In this document: positions 27,795 through 37,267 of the stretch, one piece after another
Layout: each line of letters starts with the position of its first letter
How positions within the stretch are numbered: the first letter of the stretch is position 1
Origin: Candidatus Iainarchaeum sp.
Lineage (GTDB): Archaea; Iainarchaeota; Iainarchaeia; Iainarchaeales; GCA-2688035
Length of the DNA: 64,000 nucleotides
Assembly (NCBI GenBank): GCA_017610205.1
Contig: JAFCCL010000001.1
Span: forward strand, 81,883 to 145,882
Direction of reading: 5' to 3'
Program-made: the position numbers and the translations under genes
The notes under the pieces: model-generated
Told to the model about the DNA's origin: nothing
Seen by the model: only the letters and a program-made list of their open reading frames with translations
Databases searched by the model: none

Positions 27795-29312
27795 ATGCCG
27801 GTAAGACAAAAAATAATTCTTTTTTCTCCAAAACCAAGAAGACATACTTACAGCAACAGTATTCCTGTTGCATTGCTCAAAATTGCGTCAATGATTGACC
27901 GTAAAAAATACGAATCGGTAATTGTTTCAGCAACACCAAAATATGACTACGAAACCCAGATTTTGAAGGATTCAAAAGATGCATTGTGCTTTGCTGTTCG
28001 CGTGTTAACAGGACACGACATAATTGAAGCAATAGAGCTAATAAAAAAAATCAAAAAAGTTAACCCAAACCTTCCTATTGTATGGGGTGGATGGCATGGT
28101 GCAATTTTTCCAGATCAAACTCTTGAAAGCAGCTATGCTGATATAATTATAAGGGGTCAGGGTGAGCGCACTTTCAAAGAACTTGTTGAAAGGTTGGTTA
28201 CAAAAAAAGATCTTAAAGGATTACCAGGCATTATTTACAAAGACAAAAGCGGAAAAATAATTCACAACCCTGAAAGGCCTTTTGAAGACATAAATAATTT
28301 TCCGGACATTCCCTACGATCTCATTAACATAGACGATTACGTTGACAACTTTGACGGTTTGCGTGCGGCATTTTATGTCACAAGCCAAGGCTGTCCTTTT
28401 AAATGTAAATTTTGCGCGGAACCACTTGTATTCAAGCAACGATGGTCTTCCCTAAGCAACGAGCGCATTCTCAAAGACTGGGAATACCTTTCAAAAAAAG
28501 GCATTGAATTTATCATAATTGGTGATGACAACTTTTTTGTAAACGAAAAAAAAGTCAAAGACTTTTGTGAAAAATTCATTGCAAAAAAACTTCCGTTAAA
28601 ATGGGGCCGTGTTTCTGGAAGGGTTAGGCAAATGCTTGCTTTTTCTGACGAAACCTGGCAGCTTATCAAAGACACTGGCTGTACAGACATACAGGTTGGC
28701 GCAGAAACAGGCGACCAAAATGTGCTTGACTACATTGGAAAAGAGCTTACTGTTGACGAAATAGTGCAATTTATTGAAAGGGCAAGGAAATTCAAAATAA
28801 AGGCAACTCCTGCCTTCATTCTCGGTCTTCCAACAGAGGAATTCAGAAAAGCTTCATCAAAAGAAATTCAAAAACTTTTAGACAAACAGTGGAATGCATT
28901 TTTTGACGTAATGGACAGGTGCTATAAAGACCACAAGGACTATGACGAAATCCGTTTGTTTGCCTACGATCCTTATCCTGGAAACCCACTTTATGATTTA
29001 TCCTGTGAGCTTGGTTTTGACGCGCCAAAAAAGCTTGAAGAATGGGCAATAATTCGACCTGCTCCTTGGATAAAAGAAAGTCTTCGTGAAAAAATAAGAA
29101 TGCTTCAATATTTTTTGTTTCCCTATGCTCGCGATGGTTACGCAGGCAGACACATAAAAAAATTCAAGCTGTTGCAAAAGCTTTTTCACAAAAGCGCACA
29201 ATGGCGATGGAAGCACAGATTCTTTGCACTGCCAATAGAATACAAAATGTACCGGGCTTATACAAACCTTAGAACCAAAAAAACAGGGCAATCTGCAACA
29301 GACCATGAATAA
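27795..29312 (+). CDS. B12-binding domain radical SAM protein, paralog 2
   Basis: SQGCPFKCKFC motif. Its start is aligned to paralog 1 (MPVRQKIILF). It is preceded by the same 62-nt leader as paralog 1. Confidence 0.8.
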   Translation: MPVRQKIILFSPKPRRHTYSNSIPVALLKIASMIDRKKYESVIVSATPKYDYETQILKDSKDALCFAVRVLTGHDIIEAIELIKKIKKVNPNLPIVWGGWHGAIFPDQTLESSYADIIIRGQGERTFKELVERLVTKKDLKGLPGIIYKDKSGKIIHNPERPFEDINNFPDIPYDLINIDDYVDNFDGLRAAFYVTSQGCPFKCKFCAEPLVFKQRWSSLSNERILKDWEYLSKKGIEFIIIGDDNFFVNEKKVKDFCEKFIAKKLPLKWGRVSGRVRQMLAFSDETWQLIKDTGCTDIQVGAETGDQNVLDYIGKELTVDEIVQFIERARKFKIKATPAFILGLPTEEFRKASSKEIQKLLDKQWNAFFDVMDRCYKDHKDYDEIRLFAYDPYPGNPLYDLSCELGFDAPKKLEEWAIIRPAPWIKESLREKIRMLQYFLFPYARDGYAGRHIKKFKLLQKLFHKSAQWRWKHRFFALPIEYKMYRAYTNLRTKKTGQSATDHE

Positions 29313-29384
29313 AAGAAATTAATAAAACAGAAAAGAACAAAATAGGAGTTTACTGATTTTAAATTAGTACATTTTAAATAGTTT

Positions 29385-30635
29385 TTAAATTGGCACATTC
29401 CAAATTATATTTACGAGTATTGGGTTATAGTTTATTAACAACACTATATCAAACAAAAGCATACTGGAAAGAACAATCCAAACAAATGTCTTTGCCCATT
29501 TTTCCTGCCTGATTGTTTTCATAAAAGAAAGTAAACCTGCAATAAAAAGTATTGCGATAAGTCCAACTGTTCCAAACATCCATCTTGCATCAGGTCCTAC
29601 TACAAAAAAATTTATGTATGCAACTCCTGCAAGGTTTAAAAGAATTGGGAGAATAAGAACAGCTGTTATTAGTTTTTTTCTTTTGTTGTTCCATTTATTT
29701 CCAAGAATTAATTTTACAAACCCTATTAGTGCAACAATTGAAACAATTGCATAAAATCCAAAGAAAACAAATCTATATTCAGGAATTGTTGCAGTTCCAT
29801 ATTCCTGAAGCCACATTCCTGCAAATAAATATGTTAAAAAATAAGCAAGCCATTGAATATCAATTGCCATCATTGGCTTTAAAAAGCTTGGGAAAAAATT
29901 CCCCGATAGCAAAAGGTACCTGTAAAACGTGACTATTCCCAGCAATGGTACAGAACATGCCAAAATTCTTTTCCACAATTTTTCTTTTCCCTTAAATAAA
30001 AATACAAACCACGCAATTCCAAATGTTACTGCAACTGCAAGTCCTGTAAGCATCGTAAGTAAAACTCCAGCCATAAAAAGTCCGGCAATTGCCATATCTT
30101 TTGTCTTTTTTTCTTTAAACACTTTAATACTGTAGTATATTACCACTAGGCATAAGAGCCAGCTTAAAGTTCCATTACTGACTGTTGCGCTTGTAATTAT
30201 ATGTGTTGGAAGTAAAGCAACAAACATTGCACTTCCAAGTCTTACAATTTTTCCAAAATTCAGTTTTTTTGCAATAATATATGTTAGAAGAATGCAAGCA
30301 GTTCCAAACGCAACAGAAAGAAGCCTTAGAACATGCACAATAGTGTCAATGCTCTGGCTTGCGATTGGAATGTAAAAAATTGCTGCAATACTATGGAATA
30401 AAGGTGGTTGCGAAAGGCTTTCATTTGAAATGCTTGCAAGAGTTTCGTGTGTAAGCGGAATCATAGGCAGTCTGGCATTGTCTCCAATGAATTCAATGTA
30501 AAAAATATGAGCTCCTTCTTCAGGTCCAGACCAAACAGGAAAAAGTGCACTTCCTGCAAGTCTTAAACCCAACCCAAACAAAATTATAAGGACAATGACC
30601 TTAAATTCATTTTTTTCTCGCAATTTCAAAAACAT
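29385..30635 (-). CDS. GT-C-fold glycosyltransferase (ArnT/PMT-like, GT83/GT39-like), polyprenyl-phosphate-sugar dependent
   Basis: About 10-12 predicted TM helices. The first extracytoplasmic loop motif, SGPEEGAHIFYIE, resembles the DE.RYAE motif of ArnT/PMT. It is a functional analogue of AglS-type enzymes. Confidence 0.5.
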   Translation of the reverse strand: MFLKLREKNEFKVIVLIILFGLGLRLAGSALFPVWSGPEEGAHIFYIEFIGDNARLPMIPLTHETLASISNESLSQPPLFHSIAAIFYIPIASQSIDTIVHVLRLLSVAFGTACILLTYIIAKKLNFGKIVRLGSAMFVALLPTHIITSATVSNGTLSWLLCLVVIYYSIKVFKEKKTKDMAIAGLFMAGVLLTMLTGLAVAVTFGIAWFVFLFKGKEKLWKRILACSVPLLGIVTFYRYLLLSGNFFPSFLKPMMAIDIQWLAYFLTYLFAGMWLQEYGTATIPEYRFVFFGFYAIVSIVALIGFVKLILGNKWNNKRKKLITAVLILPILLNLAGVAYINFFVVGPDARWMFGTVGLIAILFIAGLLSFMKTIRQEKWAKTFVWIVLSSMLLFDIVLLINYNPILVNIIWNVPI

Positions 30636-30687
30636 TCACCTCCACTCAGAACTGAAGTCTTTTTTGAATGCATAATCTTAATCATAT

Positions 30688-30978
30688 CTACGAGTCCTCT
30701 TCAAATTCAATAAAATTACCGCTTTGAATTTTAGCCCTTGTGCTAATGCTTTCCTCTTCAGAATCGCATTTCAGGCGTTCAACTTCAATATTTTGATTAT
30801 ATATACAATCTTCTTTTTTGCCATAACACAAATACCTAGTATTTTTAACATGCCAGCAGGCAAAATTCTCTTCGAAACTGTAGTCAACAGGTCCTTGAAA
30901 CAAAATCAAAAAATCCACTGCAACTATGATTATTAGTATAACAAAAAAACAAATTAATCTAAAAAACTTAACCGGCAT
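30688..30978 (-). CDS. small secreted/anchored cysteine-containing hypothetical protein
   Basis: An N-terminal hydrophobic helix followed by four Cys and an acidic C-terminus. Confidence 0.25.
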   Translation of the reverse strand: MPVKFFRLICFFVILIIIVAVDFLILFQGPVDYSFEENFACWHVKNTRYLCYGKKEDCIYNQNIEVERLKCDSEEESISTRAKIQSGNFIEFEEDS

Positions 30979-31014
30979 TTAATATCACCACGCTCTTTTT
31001 TTCCAAAAAAACAC

Positions 31015-31935
31015 TTACACGTCCTTTTTGAATTTGGCAAAGCATCTTTTAATGCCTTCATCCAAACTAATTTTTGGCTTCCAATCCAATTCCGAACAAG
31101 CTCTTGAAATATCGCACACAAGTCGTTGCACTTCACAGGCTTTGTTAAGGCGATTTATTTCAATGTTGTTTCCAGTTGCCTTTTTAACTTTTTCAGCAAG
31201 GTTGTTTAGTGAAATAACCTTGCCTGATCCAAGATTAAAAATTTTAAATCTGCTTTTGTTAAAACCAGCTGCAATAACCCCGCTTGCAAGGTCTTCTGCA
31301 TGCAAAAAATCCTTTTCAGAGCTTCCGTTTCCATAAATCACAATCGGCTTGTTCCTTAATGCATTAAAAACAAAGTTTGCTATAACACCTGTTCCCTTGG
31401 AAACTACCTGCCTTTCACCATAGCTTGTTGTTGGCCTTAGAATTGCATAATCAATTCCGTAAACTCTGTTAAAGTATTCAATATATTTTTCAATTGCCAT
31501 TTTTGAAACAGCATATGGTGTCATTGGTTCAAGTCTGGCATTTTCTTTTGCCGGAATGGTTTTTGTGTTTCCGTAAACAACAATAGAACTCAAGTAAACA
31601 ATTTTTTTTACTCCAAGTTCACATGAATCCCTCAAAATATTAATGCTTGGCAAAATATTTGTTTCTGCGTCAAAAACAGGCTTTTCAATGCTTGTTCTTG
31701 GAACAGTTGTGTGAATGCAGTGAAAAACATATTCAATTCCATCCAATGCCTGCCTTACATCCTTTTGATTAATGTAATCTCCTTTAACCTTTTCAATTTT
31801 TGTTTCAATTGCCTTTAAGTTGTTCTTGCCAGTAAACTTGTCAAAGACTCTGACATTGCAGCCTTTTGCAACAAGCTTCTCTGCAACAAAGCTTCCAATA
31901 AGTCCGTTTCCTCCTAAAACAAGGCAATTATTCAT
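31015..31935 (-). CDS. NAD-dependent nucleotide-sugar epimerase/dehydratase
   Basis: NNCLVLGGNGLIGSFVAEKL Rossmann motif and an SDR fold over its full length. Confidence 0.8.
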   Translation of the reverse strand: MNNCLVLGGNGLIGSFVAEKLVAKGCNVRVFDKFTGKNNLKAIETKIEKVKGDYINQKDVRQALDGIEYVFHCIHTTVPRTSIEKPVFDAETNILPSINILRDSCELGVKKIVYLSSIVVYGNTKTIPAKENARLEPMTPYAVSKMAIEKYIEYFNRVYGIDYAILRPTTSYGERQVVSKGTGVIANFVFNALRNKPIVIYGNGSSEKDFLHAEDLASGVIAAGFNKSRFKIFNLGSGKVISLNNLAEKVKKATGNNIEINRLNKACEVQRLVCDISRACSELDWKPKISLDEGIKRCFAKFKKDV

Positions 31936-31976
31936 AAAAGTAATAGGACAGCTAAACCCTTATTAATTTTTCCAAA

Positions 31977-32984
31977 CTAAATCGTTATTTTTTTAGGGAA
32001 CAAAAGAGCCTGCGTTGTTCCAATACTGTATGCAATGTGTGTTATAAAAACAATAAAGATGCAAAATGGTACATGAACTGGTTTGACAGAATGCTCAAGG
32101 CAGTCAATTCCAATAGCGGTTGCATAAAACACAAAGCTGGCAGCATAAAAAATCCACAGTATTGGAAACACGATGGCAACAAATGGCATAAAAACAACGT
32201 AAAATAAGAATGCAATTACCACTGTGTTTGTAATTCTAAAAGAATCAGTTTCCTTCAATACATCTATTTTTCCCCTTCCATAATCTTTAAGTCTTGGAAT
32301 GTATTCTGAAAAACTTCTCTTGTTGTGATGGTGCACTGCAGTTTCTTTGTTGTACAGTATAAGCTTTCCTGTTTTTCTGAGTAGGATGCATGCTTTTACA
32401 TCCTCACCTGTTGGGCAATTTTCGTCAAACTTTCCTATCTGAAGTAAAAGGTTTCGTTTTATTATAATGTTGCTTGTTGGCAGTTCCTTGTATACTAGAA
32501 TTCCTTTATGTTTTTTGAAAGTACTATGCATTCCTGTATCTGTTACGTAAAGATGCATAGTTTTTATTGCAAGTGATTCCCAAAGTCCTATGTTTTTTGG
32601 TTCGAGGTTTGGTCCACCGACAGCGGCAACTTTATCATCCCTCAAAAATGGCAATGCACTTTCAAGCCATTTGGATTGCGGGTATGCATCTGAATCAATA
32701 CACGCTATAAATTCAGCTTTTGTGTTTTCAATTCCAATATTGCGTTTTGCTGAAGCAACTCCTTTTGGAAGGTTTTGCCCGGTAGGAATACATCTTATTT
32801 TCTCCGACTTTTTTTTACCAAACTTTTCAACCAGTGCCTGTTTTTCTATTTTGTTGTCTGGTAATAATATTAATTCAAAATCCTGTCTTGTCTGATTCAA
32901 ACAACCTTCAATACATTCCAAAACAAAACTGTCCAATGTCTTAAATGGTACAATTATTGCAAACAAAGGCTTTTTTTCCATCAT
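31977..32984 (-). CDS. GT2 glycosyltransferase with C-terminal TM helices
   Basis: FAIIVPFKTLDSF ... ILLPDN region of the GT2 fold, with a hydrophobic C-terminus. Confidence 0.7.
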   Translation of the reverse strand: MMEKKPLFAIIVPFKTLDSFVLECIEGCLNQTRQDFELILLPDNKIEKQALVEKFGKKKSEKIRCIPTGQNLPKGVASAKRNIGIENTKAEFIACIDSDAYPQSKWLESALPFLRDDKVAAVGGPNLEPKNIGLWESLAIKTMHLYVTDTGMHSTFKKHKGILVYKELPTSNIIIKRNLLLQIGKFDENCPTGEDVKACILLRKTGKLILYNKETAVHHHNKRSFSEYIPRLKDYGRGKIDVLKETDSFRITNTVVIAFLFYVVFMPFVAIVFPILWIFYAASFVFYATAIGIDCLEHSVKPVHVPFCIFIVFITHIAYSIGTTQALLFPKKITI

Positions 32985-34075
32985 TTCCCAACCTGAAGCT
33001 TGAGTCTAATCCATTGAAGCAGAACTTTCAAAAGTTCTGTTGCGTTGAATGCAACATTTGACGTGAGCTGGCATTCAAACGTGCAAAAACATTTGCTTTC
33101 TCTTATGGATTTTGCAATCTTTCTATTTTCTTTTGTTGAAAGCAGTTTTTTCAAATTAAAGTCAAAGTTTTTGAGATTTCCAAGAAAAAGATCCTGCCTG
33201 ATTTCACAGGCAAATACATTACCATTTGAATAAATGATGCAATTTGTTGTAGCAGCATAACATGGTAACTGAAATTTGTTTTCCTTCAAAGTTTTGAGAA
33301 TCACCTGCTTATATCTTTTGTTTAAACATGTATAAAAGTCCCCAAAGATTTGGTGGCCCTTATATTTCTTTTTTGCAAGATCTGTTGCAATTTCTTTGTT
33401 CACTTTCATATATTGTTCAATTGTTTCCTTTGATTTCCTTGCGTTTTTTGGTTCGCCTCTTAAAAAATTTATCTGAAACTGGTTTATATCAAAGTCTGAA
33501 AGCATTTTTTTGTACACAGACATCGTTTCTTGCGCATTGTCTTCACTAATAGTGTAAATTACTCCAATCTTTAGGTTTTTGAATCTTATTTTAAGTTCTA
33601 AAAGCTTTGCTAAAGTTTTGCACGCATTTGAGAATGCATTTTTTGATCCTCTTATTTGATTATGTATTTTCTCAGTGCCATCAATTGAAACTGAAATATT
33701 GAAAATTATATCAGGGTTTTCTTCAGCCATCTTGGTTGCTTTTGCTACAATTTTTTCAGTAAACGTGCCGTTTGTTGGAATTGAAATTATTTTTACACTG
33801 CTGTTTTTTGCAAACAATGCTGCGATTTTGTCAATGTCTTCTCTGAGAAATGGTTCACCCCCTGTTAGACTTACATGTATCAAACTCGGCATGCTTTTTG
33901 ATATTTTTTCAATTTCTTTGAGTGGAATTTCTTCAGGCTTGTTCAGTGATTTGTGAAAAAAACAGTGGCTGCATTTAAGATTGCATCTGCTTGTGATATA
34001 AAGAATCACATAAACAGGAAGCATGTTTTTCTTGAATAAGACATTTTTTGCCTGTTTCAATATTGAAATTTTCAT
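32981..34075 (-). CDS. Radical SAM / SPASM-domain protein
   Basis: YITSRCNLKCSHCF (CxxxCxxC) plus a C-terminal Cys-rich region (CYAATTNC...CEIR...CFCTFEC) typical of a SPASM/twitch auxiliary cluster. Confidence 0.75.
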   Translation of the reverse strand: MKISILKQAKNVLFKKNMLPVYVILYITSRCNLKCSHCFFHKSLNKPEEIPLKEIEKISKSMPSLIHVSLTGGEPFLREDIDKIAALFAKNSSVKIISIPTNGTFTEKIVAKATKMAEENPDIIFNISVSIDGTEKIHNQIRGSKNAFSNACKTLAKLLELKIRFKNLKIGVIYTISEDNAQETMSVYKKMLSDFDINQFQINFLRGEPKNARKSKETIEQYMKVNKEIATDLAKKKYKGHQIFGDFYTCLNKRYKQVILKTLKENKFQLPCYAATTNCIIYSNGNVFACEIRQDLFLGNLKNFDFNLKKLLSTKENRKIAKSIRESKCFCTFECQLTSNVAFNATELLKVLLQWIRLKLQVGK

Positions 34076-35484
34076 AAAAAACCGCCTCTTTTCAACAGCT
34101 TGTTTTTCCTGTTAATAAATTCTCTTTCCATCTTAAGCGACTGCTTGTTTAAAATAACATCAAAACACATTTTCAACACCTTTAGCGGGTGGAAAATTGC
34201 CTTGTAGAGTAGGAACGTAAAGTAAAGTTCTTTAACATATTTATTCACTTCCAAACTGTTTGGATACCATCCAGGTACTGTTCCTATATTTAGGTCGTCA
34301 ATTCCCTTTATATTTTTGTTAAAATATTTTTTCCTAATTTCTGTATTTGGATATGGAATACATGGAAACACACCAACTTCATCCACTCCAATCCTTGCAA
34401 GCCTTTTCAGATATGCCCTTGTCTTCTGTTTATCATCTTCAGTTTCAACTGGTAATCCAACGACAAAGAACGCGGTTGTTTTTATTCCAACATTCTTACA
34501 ATTTTTTATACAATTTGCAATGTTTTCAAGATCAATATGCTTGTTGTAAACTTCTTTAAGGATTCTTTGACTTCCTGATTCAGGTGCAAACACCAACAAT
34601 TTGCATCCGCTTTCTTTCATTAGCTTAAGTGTTTCAAGGTCAAGGTACTCGGATCTTACTCCGTTTGGTGTTGTCCAAGTTATCCTGAGTTTTTTTTTCT
34701 TAATAAGCCTGAAGATTTTTTTTGCTCTCTCAATATTAAGCGTAAGGTTGTCATCTTCTATTTCAAATTCAGTTGTGCCATATTTTTCAATACAATGTTG
34801 AATTTCTTTAACAAAATTTTCTGGTTTTCTTGCAACCCAATGCCTGCGCCAGAATACAGCGCTTGAGCAATAGGTACAATTGTATGGACATCCCCTTGAA
34901 GAAATTATTGGAGTGAATTTTTTGTTTACTGGCCCGTGGCTCCTTTTGGCTTTCCAGTAATTTTCTAATGGAAAAAGATGCCTTGCTGGAAATGGCAGCA
35001 TATCAAGATTTTCAATGAACTCTTTTTTTTCCCTGCTTACAATCTTTCCATTTTTTATATATGCGATTCCATTAATTGCCTCAATTGAACCACTTTTTTT
35101 TGACAGTTTGTCAATAAGTTTTAACAGAGTTTCCTCTGCTTCTCCAAGTACTGCATAGTCTACTCCCTTCTCAAGGAACCTTTTATAATTTGCTGTTGCC
35201 TCGTTTCCGCCAATTATTATCTTTTTTTTCGGAAATCTCTTTTTAAGTCTTGAAACCAGATCAAGATAAACCTTGTGCTGTGAAGTAAAGTTTGCTGAAA
35301 TGCAGATTAATTCACTTTCTTTAGGAATCATTTCGATTAATTCTTCAATATCAAGGCCTCTAAGGAATAATCTGTGTTTCCAATCGCTTACCTTCTCTAT
35401 CCCAAGCCCAAGAGCGTCAATTACCTTTACCTTAAAACCTTTTTTTAGAAGATAGGCTGCAAGGTATGCAAGGCCCAATGGCAT
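34072..35484 (-). CDS. B12-binding domain radical SAM protein
   Basis: N-terminal LGLAYLAAYLLKKGFKVKVID (B12-binding-like) and SRGCPYNCTYC radical SAM motif. It overlaps the SPASM gene by 4 nt. Confidence 0.8.
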   Translation of the reverse strand: MPLGLAYLAAYLLKKGFKVKVIDALGLGIEKVSDWKHRLFLRGLDIEELIEMIPKESELICISANFTSQHKVYLDLVSRLKKRFPKKKIIIGGNEATANYKRFLEKGVDYAVLGEAEETLLKLIDKLSKKSGSIEAINGIAYIKNGKIVSREKKEFIENLDMLPFPARHLFPLENYWKAKRSHGPVNKKFTPIISSRGCPYNCTYCSSAVFWRRHWVARKPENFVKEIQHCIEKYGTTEFEIEDDNLTLNIERAKKIFRLIKKKKLRITWTTPNGVRSEYLDLETLKLMKESGCKLLVFAPESGSQRILKEVYNKHIDLENIANCIKNCKNVGIKTTAFFVVGLPVETEDDKQKTRAYLKRLARIGVDEVGVFPCIPYPNTEIRKKYFNKNIKGIDDLNIGTVPGWYPNSLEVNKYVKELYFTFLLYKAIFHPLKVLKMCFDVILNKQSLKMEREFINRKNKLLKRGGFL

Positions 35485-35534
35485 AGTTGTAACAAAAATC
35501 TGGCTTCCTGGGATTTCTGCAACTGGTGGATTAA

Positions 35535-36407
35535 TTAAGACGATTGGTTTGCTGTAGCTCGTGCAATCACCACTTTTAACCTTTTTACTCTGTTTCTTAT
35601 AATGATTAAGTCAAGTAGCATTTTTGCTATATCAGTTCCTTTAACTTTGCTGTCCTTGTCATTGTCCCAATTTACTGGACATTCTTTGATTTTAAATCCA
35701 AGAGCTTTTGCTATTGCAAGTAATTCAGCATCAAAAGTCCAACCTTCTATTTTTTGCAGGCTAAAAACCTTTATTGCACAATCTCTTTTGAAAAGCTTGA
35801 AACCACATTGGCTATCGCTTATATCCAACTGTAATATAAATGAAACAAGTCCGGCAAAGCCTGTTCCAAGCATATATCTAATTAACCCCCTTGACTTGAT
35901 GTTTGACTCTGGCAGGTTTCTTGAACCGATAACAATATCATAATCCTTTATATACTGCAAAAAGTTATTCAAGAAAATTAATGGAGTACTTAAATCAACA
36001 TCTGTGAACAATATAATTTCTTTTTTGCTGGCAAGAACTCCTTTTTTCACAGAATACCCTTTGCCTCTGTTTTTTTTGTTCCTTAAAAGTCTTATGCCTG
36101 GTTGTTTTGCTTCCATGGCTGTGTTGTCTGTGCTACCATCATCAACTACAATTATTTCAAAATTATTCAAGTTATTTTTTTTCAGAAATTCTCTGATTTC
36201 ATCAAGCGTTTTGGAAATTTTTTTCTCTTCATTGAATGCAGGTACAACTATAGAAATTCCTGAAATTTGTTCTCTTTTTGCCTTTTGAATTTCAGCCGAG
36301 TTGAGTTTGGACCTTGTTTTATTTTTCATGTTATACTCCAATACAATTATCAATTTAAAATAAACTGCGACATTAAATAAGCAGCTTTCTAAATCTAATG
36401 CTTCCAA
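35535..36407 (-). CDS. GT2 dolichyl-phosphate sugar synthase-like glycosyltransferase (DPM1/AglD/AglJ-like)
   Basis: ISIVVPAFNEEKKISKTL...IIVVDDGSTDNT signature. Confidence 0.7.
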   Translation of the reverse strand: MEALDLESCLFNVAVYFKLIIVLEYNMKNKTRSKLNSAEIQKAKREQISGISIVVPAFNEEKKISKTLDEIREFLKKNNLNNFEIIVVDDGSTDNTAMEAKQPGIRLLRNKKNRGKGYSVKKGVLASKKEIILFTDVDLSTPLIFLNNFLQYIKDYDIVIGSRNLPESNIKSRGLIRYMLGTGFAGLVSFILQLDISDSQCGFKLFKRDCAIKVFSLQKIEGWTFDAELLAIAKALGFKIKECPVNWDNDKDSKVKGTDIAKMLLDLIIIRNRVKRLKVVIARATANQSS

Positions 36408-37263
36408 TAATTCTGTAAAATTTTATTGCAAAGACATATCCAATTCCTGCAATAACAATTGCAAGAAAGTGCAAAGGGCTTTTGTTTTCAAGCATTACAA
36501 TTCCGCGTGGCGATCCGAGTTTTAATTTTTTGCTGCTTCCCGCCCATTTATTAACAACAACCTTAAAGTCCTGCCTTGGATCAACCAAAAATCCTAGCTT
36601 AACATGCAAAAAATCTTTTGCAAGCTTTGAGTGCTTTTTGTAAAGAAGTGGGTCATTTTCGTGGTAATGCAGCCTTTTCAAAACATATCCAATCATTGCC
36701 TTTTTTCCCTTTGGTGCAATCTCTTTGTGGTCATGCTTGTAATCTGCCTTAACGACTTTGTATTCAAAACCCAAATCCATTATGCTGAATGTAAGATCGG
36801 TGTCTTCCCTGTAATAAAAGAACTTTTTGTCATATCCCCCAACTTTGTCAAGCAATTCTTTCCTGAAAGCTGTTGAAGTTCCACCAAAGCTTCCAAAACT
36901 GCTTACCACCCCGACTTTTGGGCCTTCAAATCCCTTTACCAAATCGCGCAGCCATTCCTTGCTTGGAATGCAGTCGTGGTCCATATTAACAACAATTGGG
37001 AATTTTGCAACCTTAATGCCTTCGTTTCTTGCAGTGCAAACGCCCATGTTTCTTCCATAGCTTATAACTTTTACCTTTTTGTTTTCTCCAAACTTTTTGT
37101 GCAGCATTTCAATTGTACCGTCTCTGCTTCCGTCATCCACCACAATTATTTCATACTCGTTTGGATAATCAAGTACCAGCATTGCATCCAAAACCCGCTC
37201 AAGCACAACCTTGTTGTTGTAAGACGCAATTACAATACTTGCTTTTGGAAAATTAAATGCCAT
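36373..37263 (-). CDS. GT2 glycosyltransferase with C-terminal TM helix
   Basis: IVIASYNNKVVLERVLD...EIIVVDDGSRDGT signature. Confidence 0.7.
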   Translation of the reverse strand: MAFNFPKASIVIASYNNKVVLERVLDAMLVLDYPNEYEIIVVDDGSRDGTIEMLHKKFGENKKVKVISYGRNMGVCTARNEGIKVAKFPIVVNMDHDCIPSKEWLRDLVKGFEGPKVGVVSSFGSFGGTSTAFRKELLDKVGGYDKKFFYYREDTDLTFSIMDLGFEYKVVKADYKHDHKEIAPKGKKAMIGYVLKRLHYHENDPLLYKKHSKLAKDFLHVKLGFLVDPRQDFKVVVNKWAGSSKKLKLGSPRGIVMLENKSPLHFLAIVIAGIGYVFAIKFYRIIGSIRFRKLLI

Positions 37264-37267
37264 GGTA

